DNA of 54,206 nucleotides, taken from a virus (taxonomy: Duplodnaviria; Caudoviricetes). Where the stretch lies: IMG/VR virus record IMGVR_UViG_3300030104_006890, positions 1 through 54,206 of that record; one strand, written 5' to 3'. Of the stretch, positions 31,601 through 41,500 are shown one piece after another (within the stretch, counting starts at the first letter, position 1; every line of letters begins with the position of its first letter). The notes under the pieces were generated by a model. The model had not been told where the DNA came from. It ran no database searches and worked only from the letters and a program-made list of their open reading frames with translations. A program made the translations under genes and the position numbers.

Positions 31601-34600
31601 TCCAACTGCTAATCTTACATTATTTCTTGTTGCACTACCAGGTGAAAAATTATTTTTACCATTGGCACCATGAAAAGTCAAAACCTTTGCCTCAGAGTCT
31701 ATTATTACACCATCTGTATCAGCTGATGTTGAGCTCGATATCACATTATTACCAATTTTCCAACCACCAGCAGTCAATACATCATTTACATAACTAAAGT
31801 TTTCACCAACAAAAAATATTGGATCTGCTGATGCACTTACAAAAAATAATGATGGTTGTGGTGTTGCACTTGTGTGAGTAGTAGCATTAGTACCAAGAGC
31901 TATTGTAGCATTATTTCCATCTATTTTAGCAACCGTTCCACTACTTAATCTACCAGGTACTAACTCCCATCCAGCAAGTCGAGCTTTGTTTGCCGTAATC
32001 AATACTGAAGCACTATCAGCATTTGCAGTTGAAGTTACAGTACCAGTTCCACTAAATACAGCAAGACCATATGGATTTTGCACAGTACCGTCATTTATGG
32101 GAAGTTTTCCAAGTACAAGTTTTGGTTCTTCATCATTGATACTTCCTGTCCATATTGCCAAAGATTGTGATATCGAACTAAATCTTACACTACCAAAAGT
32201 ATTATCACTCTGTATATTACCAGGTATTAAATCCCATCCAGCAAGTTTTGCCTTATCTCTTGTTATCAAGACATTATATGATAAATCATTTGTTATATCA
32301 GCATCACTGTTTCCAGCAAAAACAGCGAATCCATATCTATCATCAGATGCTGAACCACCAACTCGTGGTAACTTACCCATTACCACTTTAGGTCGAGCAA
32401 CATTTATTGAACCAGTAAATACAGAAACTTGTTGATTTCCAGCATCAAGTGCAATACTACCAGTAGGATGGTCAAATTGAAATCTACCAGGTGTTAGTTC
32501 CCAACCAACTATTTTATTTTCACTTGTACCTAACTCTACTAATATATCAGAATCTTGTGGACTAGTTCCATGATTACCACCAACAGTATCAAATATTTTT
32601 AATCCAAACTCATTAGCACCATCAATTTCACCCAAATAAACTCTATCATTTGTTCCATCATTAACAGTGATTCTTTTTGTGTTCGCATCAATCGTTATAA
32701 TACCATTAGAACTTGTTATAGCATTTCCAGCAATTGCCCATCCACCAATGTTACCAGCAGTAGCATTTACATTACCTTCAAAGTAAGCGGAACCCGAAGC
32801 CCATACTCCAAATCCACTTAATGTACCAAATCTTGGAGATGTGATACCTGTAAGTTTACCCATCCTCATAACAGCAGAACCACTTGAAGCATTTACATCT
32901 ATAAACGGACTATGAGTAGAAGAAGCATCGATAGCAACCGTTCCACCACTTATTCTAGCAGCCGTTCCACCAACATTTAAATCACTTAAATCACCACTTA
33001 CATTATCAACATTGTATTTTGTGAAACCACTCTGAACTGAACCACCTGTTATTGGATCTCCGTTTATTTGAAATCTAACACCAACTACAGCTTGAGCACC
33101 TTGGTCAGGTACATCTTTAAAAAGAAGTATTTGATCATCACTAAATGTAGCAGATTTACTATCTTCAAATGTAACTGTACCACTACTTGTAGTTCCAGTT
33201 GAACCAGATATAACACCACTATCAGAAATAAACAATATACCATTTGTAGCCTTTACAACATCTTTTTGAAAGATGTGAGTTCTTAAAGTGTTACGAACAA
33301 AGATATTATCAATCTCTAAGAATGTTCCATCAGAACCATTATCATCAATTCTAAATCCATCACCAGTTATACCTGATATAAAAGTTGAAGTTCCTATGGT
33401 TTTTGTATCTGCAATAGTTACATCACCAGCAAAAGAATTTGTGCCGGTTCCATCGATTTGCAAGACTCCATCGACTTCAGTATTTCCCCTAATAAAGACA
33501 TTTCCATTAGATGCATTTATTGAAAAATTATTAGTGCCTCCAGAGCTTTTATAAGCTAAGGTGTTTGTTCCTGATTCAAGAAAATGACCACCACCATGTG
33601 TAAATCGTAAAAAACTAAGGACTTCGACTCCATTACCAGAAATAGTTTTGAAACCACTTCCATCACCAGCTTGTATATTACCAAACGAACCAGTTGAGGT
33701 TGCTGAGCCACTTATTTTTGTATCTGTAATTTCCAAAGTGTTTGCACCATCTCCGCCACCTAATACCATTTTGGCGCCAGATTTAGATGTTCTAAACCTG
33801 AGAACATTCGCATCGTGATTCCATTTTGCTTGAGCACCAATATTATCACTCGTGCTACCAAATATCAAAGAAGCATCACCAGCATCGAGAGCTAATATTG
33901 AAATCCCACCATTCTGTCCTTCTGCAATTATTTCATCTGCATCGGCATGAGCAGCAACACCGGCTCCTGAATCTCCTCTAACATGAAGTTTTCCATCAGG
34001 AACTGATTCGCCAATGCCGACTCTTGATGTAGAGGCATCAATTCTCATCACTTCTGTTTGAGTAGAACCACCATCATTGACTTGGAAAATAAAATCAGCA
34101 TCAGTTAAGTTGTTTCTAAAAAACAAATGAGCACCAGTCTGAAAAATCTGTGAATCTATACCACTGCCAAGGTCTATTGCAATACTATCACCAAGTCTTA
34201 TATTGCCATTGAATGTGGTTTGTTGACTAGAGTTTATAGTTACTGCAGTTCCCCCATTTACAAAGAAATCCAGACTATCATCATCATGGTCGTAGTCTAT
34301 TGCACCTATTTCTTCATTATCTGGATCTCCAAACATAATTTGACTATTTTTAGTCGCGAGAGCTTTTAAAAGAATTTGTGTATTTGCATTTGTGCTTTCA
34401 AATAACGCTTTGGGTTCACTTCCTGCTGACTCAACATGGAGTTGTTTTTCAGGACTTGTTGTGCCGATGCCGACATTACCTGCCGTATGAACTGAACCAA
34501 ACGAACCAGTTGAGGTTGCTGAACCGCTTATTTTTGGGGCAATAGGAAATTCAACAGTTGAATCTTGATTAAGCTGCATTACTATGCCGGTGGCATTTAA

Positions 34601-35503
34601 AAATGCCAAAGGATTGGTTATGTATTGAATATTATGAAAAGTATTTTCAGAACTAATATCAAGTCTTTTAGTAACAGCAGAATTTGCAAATCTAGTTCTT
34701 ATGCCTCCACCACTGCTACCATTACCTGCTACATCAATACCAAAACTCGTAGGACCTGCTGGAGTTGTTGTGTTAATACCCATCTTTGTATCAATATATG
34801 CACGACCAAACGATCCAGTTGAGGTTGATGAACCACTTACACTACCAGCAAAAATACCTGTGCCAGCAGATGTTATTTCAAATGTTGGATTGACAGAAGT
34901 ATTTCCGAAATGCATGTTCATACTAGTGTCTACATATATGTAACCCTTATCAGTTCCAGCATGTTCAAAATGTAGAGCCGCATTACCACCACCAGTTTTA
35001 TTTAAATTTAAAAGAGGATCATTACCACTTGCTATTTCCAAAGGAGAATCAGGATTTGTCGCGCCGATACCGACATTACCTGAATTAATTACTGTTAGTG
35101 CTGTTGAACCACCAGGTCTTAAATCAAGTCTACCAGATGAATTTGACAACCCTACAATAAAATTACTTGCAGAAGTTTTTAGGTCTAATGTGGATTGATC
35201 AGAAGTTCCTTCAAGTATAGCAGTTCCACCAGCAGTACCTTTTGTGACTAATCCACCACTAACAAATAGAGAACCAGTGAATTGGTGAGTGTCATCAGTT
35301 GAGTCACCAAAAGCAGTATTACCGCTACTAAACGATGTGGTCATGTAAGTTGTAGATGAACTTACAATCATGTTTTCAGCAATTATATCACCTTGTACCC
35401 TTAAACCACCAGCCTCAACAGTTGCTAACGGAGATGTTTTATGATATAAACTATAATCAGCTGATGAACTTATAATACCATTTTCTATATGAATCTTTGC
35501 CAT
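28658..35503 (-). CDS. Long tail fibre/spike protein (2281 aa) with a C-terminal autocleaving chaperone-like domain
   Basis: Repeated VGIGTTSP shaft motifs; C-terminal FTGGH...GEGMIRV...GDYICSS...TVAK...YHCG domain. Confidence 0.8.
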   Translation of the reverse strand: MAKIHIENGIISSSADYSLYHKTSPLATVEAGGLRVQGDIIAENMIVSSSTTYMTTSFSSGNTAFGDSTDDTHQFTGSLFVSGGLVTKGTAGGTAILEGTSDQSTLDLKTSASNFIVGLSNSSGRLDLRPGGSTALTVINSGNVGIGATNPDSPLEIASGNDPLLNLNKTGGGNAALHFEHAGTDKGYIYVDTSMNMHFGNTSVNPTFEITSAGTGIFAGSVSGSSTSTGSFGRAYIDTKMGINTTTPAGPTSFGIDVAGNGSSGGGIRTRFANSAVTKRLDISSENTFHNIQYITNPLAFLNATGIVMQLNQDSTVEFPIAPKISGSATSTGSFGSVHTAGNVGIGTTSPEKQLHVESAGSEPKALFESTNANTQILLKALATKNSQIMFGDPDNEEIGAIDYDHDDDSLDFFVNGGTAVTINSSQQTTFNGNIRLGDSIAIDLGSGIDSQIFQTGAHLFFRNNLTDADFIFQVNDGGSTQTEVMRIDASTSRVGIGESVPDGKLHVRGDSGAGVAAHADADEIIAEGQNGGISILALDAGDASLIFGSTSDNIGAQAKWNHDANVLRFRTSKSGAKMVLGGGDGANTLEITDTKISGSATSTGSFGNIQAGDGSGFKTISGNGVEVLSFLRFTHGGGHFLESGTNTLAYKSSGGTNNFSINASNGNVFIRGNTEVDGVLQIDGTGTNSFAGDVTIADTKTIGTSTFISGITGDGFRIDDNGSDGTFLEIDNIFVRNTLRTHIFQKDVVKATNGILFISDSGVISGSTGTTSSGTVTFEDSKSATFSDDQILLFKDVPDQGAQAVVGVRFQINGDPITGGSVQSGFTKYNVDNVSGDLSDLNVGGTAARISGGTVAIDASSTHSPFIDVNASSGSAVMRMGKLTGITSPRFGTLSGFGVWASGSAYFEGNVNATAGNIGGWAIAGNAITSSNGIITIDANTKRITVNDGTNDRVYLGEIDGANEFGLKIFDTVGGNHGTSPQDSDILVELGTSENKIVGWELTPGRFQFDHPTGSIALDAGNQQVSVFTGSINVARPKVVMGKLPRVGGSASDDRYGFAVFAGNSDADITNDLSYNVLITRDKAKLAGWDLIPGNIQSDNTFGSVRFSSISQSLAIWTGSINDEEPKLVLGKLPINDGTVQNPYGLAVFSGTGTVTSTANADSASVLITANKARLAGWELVPGRLSSGTVAKIDGNNATIALGTNATTHTSATPQPSLFFVSASADPIFFVGENFSYVNDVLTAGGWKIGNNVISSSTSADTDGVIIDSEAKVLTFHGANGKNNFSPGSATRNNVRLAVGQVDAGAFGMRGFDNSGNRVFEISETRNEIAGFSFTRNELIGSTGGTEQFRIDLGSANIVDPDDDPVFAITLGGDASSDFGLGGNSIPIQMGHGTTTGRTIFRVGDATNFLKFDSGGTFELQNSGTTTISGSGVNIQTPKFFLGGGGQFVSGSNGNIEVSSSRFHLKPDGNVIVTGEINAESGDIGGFSLENDKIINKTVSGTSQTTSSLHSGVLAGYENITKNTATNRKMTRSIFSAAGAKNTEIWEYRPDDTLSANHEFKTTVNAGQFSPPGQTWEWAHKDPYDDLEALFESITIENLSGSFNSTDRGLKLKYNTGIGGSLQEKLVIGCIDRKDVNHLAPGGFAPVYYGISGSNDFTASFGRIISSQTVGIGTTSPESELHLKAAFPTITLEDSDVSNLKHKILAGGDVGLEYSADVNNVGTGYHRFDIGGSEKVRIVESGRVGIGTTSPSRKLSVAGTLHVSKSDAFYTSDGHGNFIEIDSKASGGGGIVWKGQSSGISRGVLANQGDMYFARSTADDNSAAPTYDMFIKRTGEVGIGTTSPGSRLHVEAADGESVNTHVASFKNLETTAGDSEGVLIQAGTSAADNALEINSQAGSGLFFVKGSGRVGIGTASPPETLSVTGNISGSGNVIAENFSVNTAVFRTADDDTKISFGADNIDLVAGGVKMVTLKEGSSDAVIINDDSNDVNFRVESDGETNMLKVDGGTNRVGIAQSTPEGLLHVGFTGAAFSPSTPTAALYVEVPDYAQPALYTKTPTSDAGTDKIANIMEFADSAINAGACILHLDFSSDSTLNSNHDFIRFSDGGGEVGRIHSEVLYGTFTGGHISQRPSGSSYDDWKPGMIVKSTGNILATGSSISLAWPEVELTTTQKDKAVMGVFSETGSAGHNDSHLDRTLPRINYNAVGEGMIRVTDTNGNIETGDYICSSTRTGHGEKQDDDLMHNYTVAKATQPYNFTSASNDADLGYKSILIACTYHCG

Positions 35504-38500
35504 TACATTTTCCTAATCATACACTTAATCAAACATGAATCACTATCATCACTTGGTTCAAGAGCTTGTGCGATAACTTTTCCAAATAAATCTTTCTTTA
35601 ATAAATATCCTCTTTTTACCGATTTTCCATGACCTATTTTATTAGAGGTCACAATGTAGTCTCCAACATTTACTTTACCCGTTACTAACACAGGTTCAGC
35701 ACCCAATACAATTGGTTCGTCTTTACCTTGTTTAATCACACCCATTACGAGTTCGTCTTCATTTTTATCACATGGAACTAAACCATCTTCGTTCCAACTT
35801 ACGATTGTTCCTGTTGGATTATCTCCAATCTTTTCTGTTCTTAATCCTGTCTCAAATACACCACCAGTTGTTGTTTGGACAGCAAAGACATCAGACCATC
35901 TTTTGTTCGAGGCACCTAAGTTAGAAGTATCATCATTACTTGGTGTTAAATGACCTGATGAGTCAATCCTCATCCTTTCTGTAATATCATCATCTGAACC
36001 ACCAGCTGCAGTTGAAAATGTTAATGCACTTGGCATACGATTAGACGCTGGTGTACCATCTACCTCTGCAATTATTCTTGCACCAATCGTATCAAAATTA
36101 GAACCATCACTTCCATTAAACTCGATAGTACCAATTTTATCATTATCAGCAAGAACTGTATGACTTCCTATTGTGCCATTCTTACTGTGAGCTAATCTTA
36201 ATGATGCAAAATGAGCCGCATTATTACCATAATTATAAACACCGATACTTGCATCATTGTCATTGTCACTTACTTGTAATTTAGGTGTGTTTCCACCACT
36301 ATTCATTGATGATGCATTTCCAACTAAAACATTACCTCCATTGAAGTGACTTATTCCATCTGCTCTTAGAACAACCACATTACTTGTTCCCGCAGAACCT
36401 AATTCAAGAAAAGCATCATCTCCACTATCAAGTCCAACTCTAAATGCCTGTCCATTATCACTCTGCCTTCCTAATATAAAGTCACCGCCAGTAGCACCAG
36501 CTTTCATTTCCAATAAATGAGGAGAGTCATCATTGGTCAAACCAATACGAACTTTATCAGCGGCATGAACAACACCAAACGAACCAGTTGAGGTTGCTGA
36601 ACCACTTATTTTATAATTTGGTTGTTTAAATGTTGCTGCTGTATTATTAATATCTAACCTTACAGTATTATTGGTAGCAAATTCTATATTATCAGAACTT
36701 GACTCCCTTATAAAAGTATTACTACCACCATCTAAAAATATTGCCTTAGTTGCTGCAATTGAGAAATGGTCAGTAACACTAACTTGACCAGATTCCATAG
36801 TTAATGTTCTTGTTGAAGTACCAGCTTTCATCGTAAAGAAATCTAATTTACCATCTTCAGTACTATCGGATACATCGGTTGCTATGGCTTGTATATGAGA
36901 ATATAATATATCCTCATCATTGTCATTATTGATTCTAAACTCTATCTGTCCTATATTATCAGCATCAGCAGGACTACTGGTGACTCGTTTGAACCTGAGA
37001 GCTGTTGGATTGCTTCCACCTTGTTCATTCTCAATTGTTAATATTGGTTTACTTGCAGAAGTTGATTTTAGATGTAGTAGAGTATCAGGACTCGCGGTGC
37101 CGATGCCAATATCTCCCGAAGATGAAATAAATAGATGACCAGTATCTCTTGCAGAACTCACACCACTTAATCGTAATCCTTTTGAAGCAGCTGCTGAACT
37201 ATAAATAAATCCTGAATTGTCGGCATTAATTCCTAACATCAAACCTTCACCACTAGAATTTGTCCTAATTGTTATTGCTTCATGTAATGCATTACTATTT
37301 CCTTGTTGGATATGAACCCTCTTAGCAGGAGATGTTGTTCCAATGCCAAGTGAATCATTTGTAAGAATAGCATTAGTACCCATCGTAACTGCTCCAGTAC
37401 CAACAAAAACCGAACCAAACGAACCGGTTGAGGTTGATGAACCACTAACATTACCTTTAAACTCCGATGTACCAGTGCCGTTTACAAAAATCTCCTCAGT
37501 AAATACGGCATTTCGACTAGCATCAATTTTTAATGCTCTTGTTCCACCAGTAGAAAAGCTAAGTTCATTTGTACTCTCCCTAAACATTCCTGTATCAGAA
37601 TCGTTTTCAAAAGTATGTGATGGTAATGCTTCAGTACCGTTACCTTGTAAAATTCTTTCTGTAATAATATCTTCCCTAAATCTTGAAGCTCCAACCTCTA
37701 ATCTACCAAACGAACCAGTTGAGGTTGATGAACCACTTATTTTATTAGGAGCTATTGTTAAAGTTTTTGTTCCTGTAGTGGTATTAAAATTTGCAGCAGT
37801 ATAAAAATCTATTTTAGTTGCTGCGTTCCAATCACCATTACCACCACCAATGAGAATATTGTTAGCATCAGATGTAGAACTATATCCAATTATTCTAATA
37901 CTCTCTTCTGCATTAGTATAATGAACACCAGTAATACCGCCACTCTTTACTGTTGAATTTGTTCGTGTTCTATTGGTATCATTATCAGCACCAATTGTAA
38001 TACCATCTGCTTGAAAACTTTGAATATCTAAATGTGTTTTTGGGCTTGATGTGCCGATGCCGACATTACCTGAAGTATCTATACGCACTCGTTGAGTATT
38101 ATTTGTTATTATGTCAAAGGCATGATTTGATTCAGCACCTATGAATGGAACTGAAGTCGTATCTCTATCAGCACCAAGTTGTAAAATTTTACTCGTTCCA
38201 CTAAGGTGTTTGGAAAGTCTAATTCTACTTGATAGATTACTTGAACCCGAAACATCCAAGGCAACGGTTGGAGCAGATGTGCCTAAACCAAGATAACCAT
38301 CATTATCAAGGTATAAAGCATTTGATGGTGCGTTTTCTTCTATTATAAAAAATGCTCTATCATCAGAATCATTCATGAATTTAAAAGCATTAGCATGTGT
38401 AACTATTTGAAAATTATCTTGTCCACTATCAGATAATACTAAAGAAGGATCAGAACCATGTATGGTCAAATTTGCTGAATTAAATCCTGTTGAACTTAAT

Positions 38501-41500
38501 GGAGTTGTCGTTCCTATGCCGACTCTATCTGCAAAATGACCACGAGCAAACGAACCAGTTGAGGTTGCTGAACCACTTATTTTATTACCTTCTAAACATA
38601 ATCTCTGTGTATAATTGTCTGTGTAAAATTTTAGGGTATCAACACCACCCGAACCAGCACCATGATGGTAATCAATTGCTCCACCAAAAGCTGATAGACT
38701 ATCGAGAAATGAAATCCTACCAATATGAGAAGTTCCAGTACCTATCACAATTCCAACATGACTTGTTCCACTCATAGCAACACCAGTTCCAGGTTTTCCA
38801 ACAACCAAATGGTCTAACGATGTTGCAGCTATATCAGGTGTTTGTATTCCAATCCCAACCCTGCCATCGAAGTGTCCTTGACCAAACGAACCAGTTGAGG
38901 TTGATGAACCACTTATGTTTCCACTTGCTATTACATTTCCAGATTCAACTTCTAAATTACCATTTTCTACAGATACACCAACGGTAGCTTTTATTCTAAA
39001 TACATCTTGACCACCCATTCTAAACTCAATTTCATTTGCACCTTTTCTTTTAATGCTTGAGTCTGTATCAGTACCGAATGCTAAAGCATCAGGTATCAGT
39101 AAACTACCACCAAAATTACCTGAAGAATCTGTAATACCATCTGTATGAACAACACCAAACGAACCAGTTGATGCTGCTGAACCACTTACACTACCATCAG
39201 TTTTTAAAAATAACTTATCACTAACATTTGCGGAAGCAATTCTTATACCAGTAATATTATCACTAGCGTCTATAAACCTATAAACATCAGTTCCACCACC
39301 AGCACTATCTATTCTTTTAACACCACTTTGTAATCCAATAGAGAAAGCATTATTATCTATTATGTTTAAACCACTTACCGCTAATCTACCAAACGAACCA
39401 GTTGAGGTTGATGAACCACTTACGTTACCAGTTCCACTACTTTGTCCTATGTTGAGTGTTCCCTCTTTGGTCATCTCCATCATATCCACACCACCACTAC
39501 CTCTAAAGGTAATAGCAGCACCAGTAACATTTCCACTTTGTAGAACTAATTCACCTGGATCAGAACCATGTTCATTTCCATGCACAGCTACAAAAGCACC
39601 TCTTGTAGATGAACCACCACCCCCACCACCATCTAATCTTATAGATTTATTATCAGAAGCATCTGAAGTGTTATTGTGAATTATATTATTTGTTTGTCCA
39701 GCTATAATAATATTACCACTACTATCTATGGTAAGAGCTTCAGTAGAGTCATTTACGAAAAACTGAATGCCAGAGTTTTCATAATTTTGAATTCTTGCAA
39801 CACCACTATTGTATCCAATTCTCAATCCATCTGTTGCACCACTACCTACATTAGTATCTGAAATTTGTATATATCCAAAACCATCAGCTTTACCATGAAA
39901 TTGAGCTACTTTATTAAAAGTTGGTTTATCTATACCAACAGCAAGTCTACCAAACGAACCAGTTGAGGTTGCTGAACCACTTATTTTGTAATTTGCTGTT
40001 TCAAACTCAGCTACGGTTGCATTAAGGGTTAATCTATTTCCACTCTCAGCACTTAACTTCAATATATCATTATTGTGGTCATAAAGTATGTAAGCCCTTG
40101 CCGTATTATCAGAATCTCCAAAATTTAATCGGCCCACACCGCTGGTTGACGTTAAAATATTTATACCTGCGGTTGATTTATCAGTTCTATTTATTACGAT
40201 GTCATTAGAAAAAGGTGTTGCCGTAGTAGAGCTTTCACCTATGTGTAATTTACCAAACGAACCTGTTGATGTTGATGAACCACTTATTTTATTATCACCT
40301 GTAATACGAAGTCTTTCAACATTAGCACTTGAACCCCCTACTCTAAAAGATAAGAAATCCGTTCCTGTTGTTTCATAAACTATACCACCAAGTAGTGTGT
40401 CATCCTCTTGAAAATATATTCTTCCTTGTTCATTACCAGGTATATCATATATTAACGAAGGAGCACCTCCTGAACCATCAATTTCTATTCCACCATTTCC
40501 TGAACTAAAAACATGAAGTGGTTGAGCAGGACTACTTACTCCAATGCCAACCCTATTGGTCGAGTCATCATAAACAAATCCATCTGAACCTGATATCACA
40601 CCATTTGTATTTATAAGAACATTTTTATCAGCACCACCAACAGAAGCAAGTGTCTCACCATTTTGTAATATTTTTCCAAATGATGCGGTTGATGGTAAAC
40701 TTGCCGATAAATGATTTGTGGTTTTATCAAAAGTAAAAGCAGATGTAGAACCTAATGAACCACCATCATTGAAAACAACTTCTGTATCACTTCCAGGTGT
40801 TGTTGCAACTCCACCACCATTAACTTTAAACGAACCTGTTATATTTACAGAGCCAGTAAATTCATGAGTATCATCTACTACTGTATCACCAAATCTTGTA
40901 CTACCACTAGAAAAAGAAGTAGTTATTTCTGTAACCGTTGATTTTATGGTATATTGTTGAGCAGTAATACTGCCAGTTACCACTAAGTTACCAACTGAAA
41001 TATCTTGTCCACTAACTACAGATTTTATAGTTCCGGCAGTTATACGATGTCTATGATTACCTTTTGCAAATTCTCCAACATTTCCATCAAAAGCCGTTAT
41101 TCCAATGTCCTCTGGATCTGATAAATAAGGTTGTAATGCCGGTGCACCAAGCGTTCCAGCAACTTGACTGTCATTTGTGAAACTCTCCCTATTAATCGAC
41201 TGACCAAATGTTGTTATACCACTTCCACCTCTAAATTCTATACCAGAAGCATCCATCTTTAAAAAACTATCTTCAGAGTTATAAATTAATAATCCTTTTT
41301 CTGTTAGTTCTACTTTTCTAGTATTACTTCTTAATGAAAAATTATCCCAAGTTAATTCTGTTTCTGGAAATTCTGCCGTAGTGCTACCTTTAATTTGTTT
41401 TGAAAATATTTTATTTCCTAAATCTTTATTTCTTTTTCTTTCAGCAAATAATGGTTTTTTAATTGTATAGCCTGTATCATCATTTATACTACCAGTCAAA

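Larger units (their letters stand above)
19300..40290 (-). repeat. Dispersed ~35-bp coding repeat (plus strand ccaaacgaaccagttgaggttgctgaaccacttat; encodes ISGSATSTGSFG)
   Basis: About 28-30 copies by manual count across four fibre genes, for example near 33681, 34497, 36575, 37706, 38882, 39389 and 39950. Confidence 0.9.

Noticed and set aside
19300-40290. The ~35-bp repeats as a CRISPR array
   Set aside because: They are in-frame coding repeats, degenerate and irregularly spaced hundreds of bases apart, and no cas genes are present.
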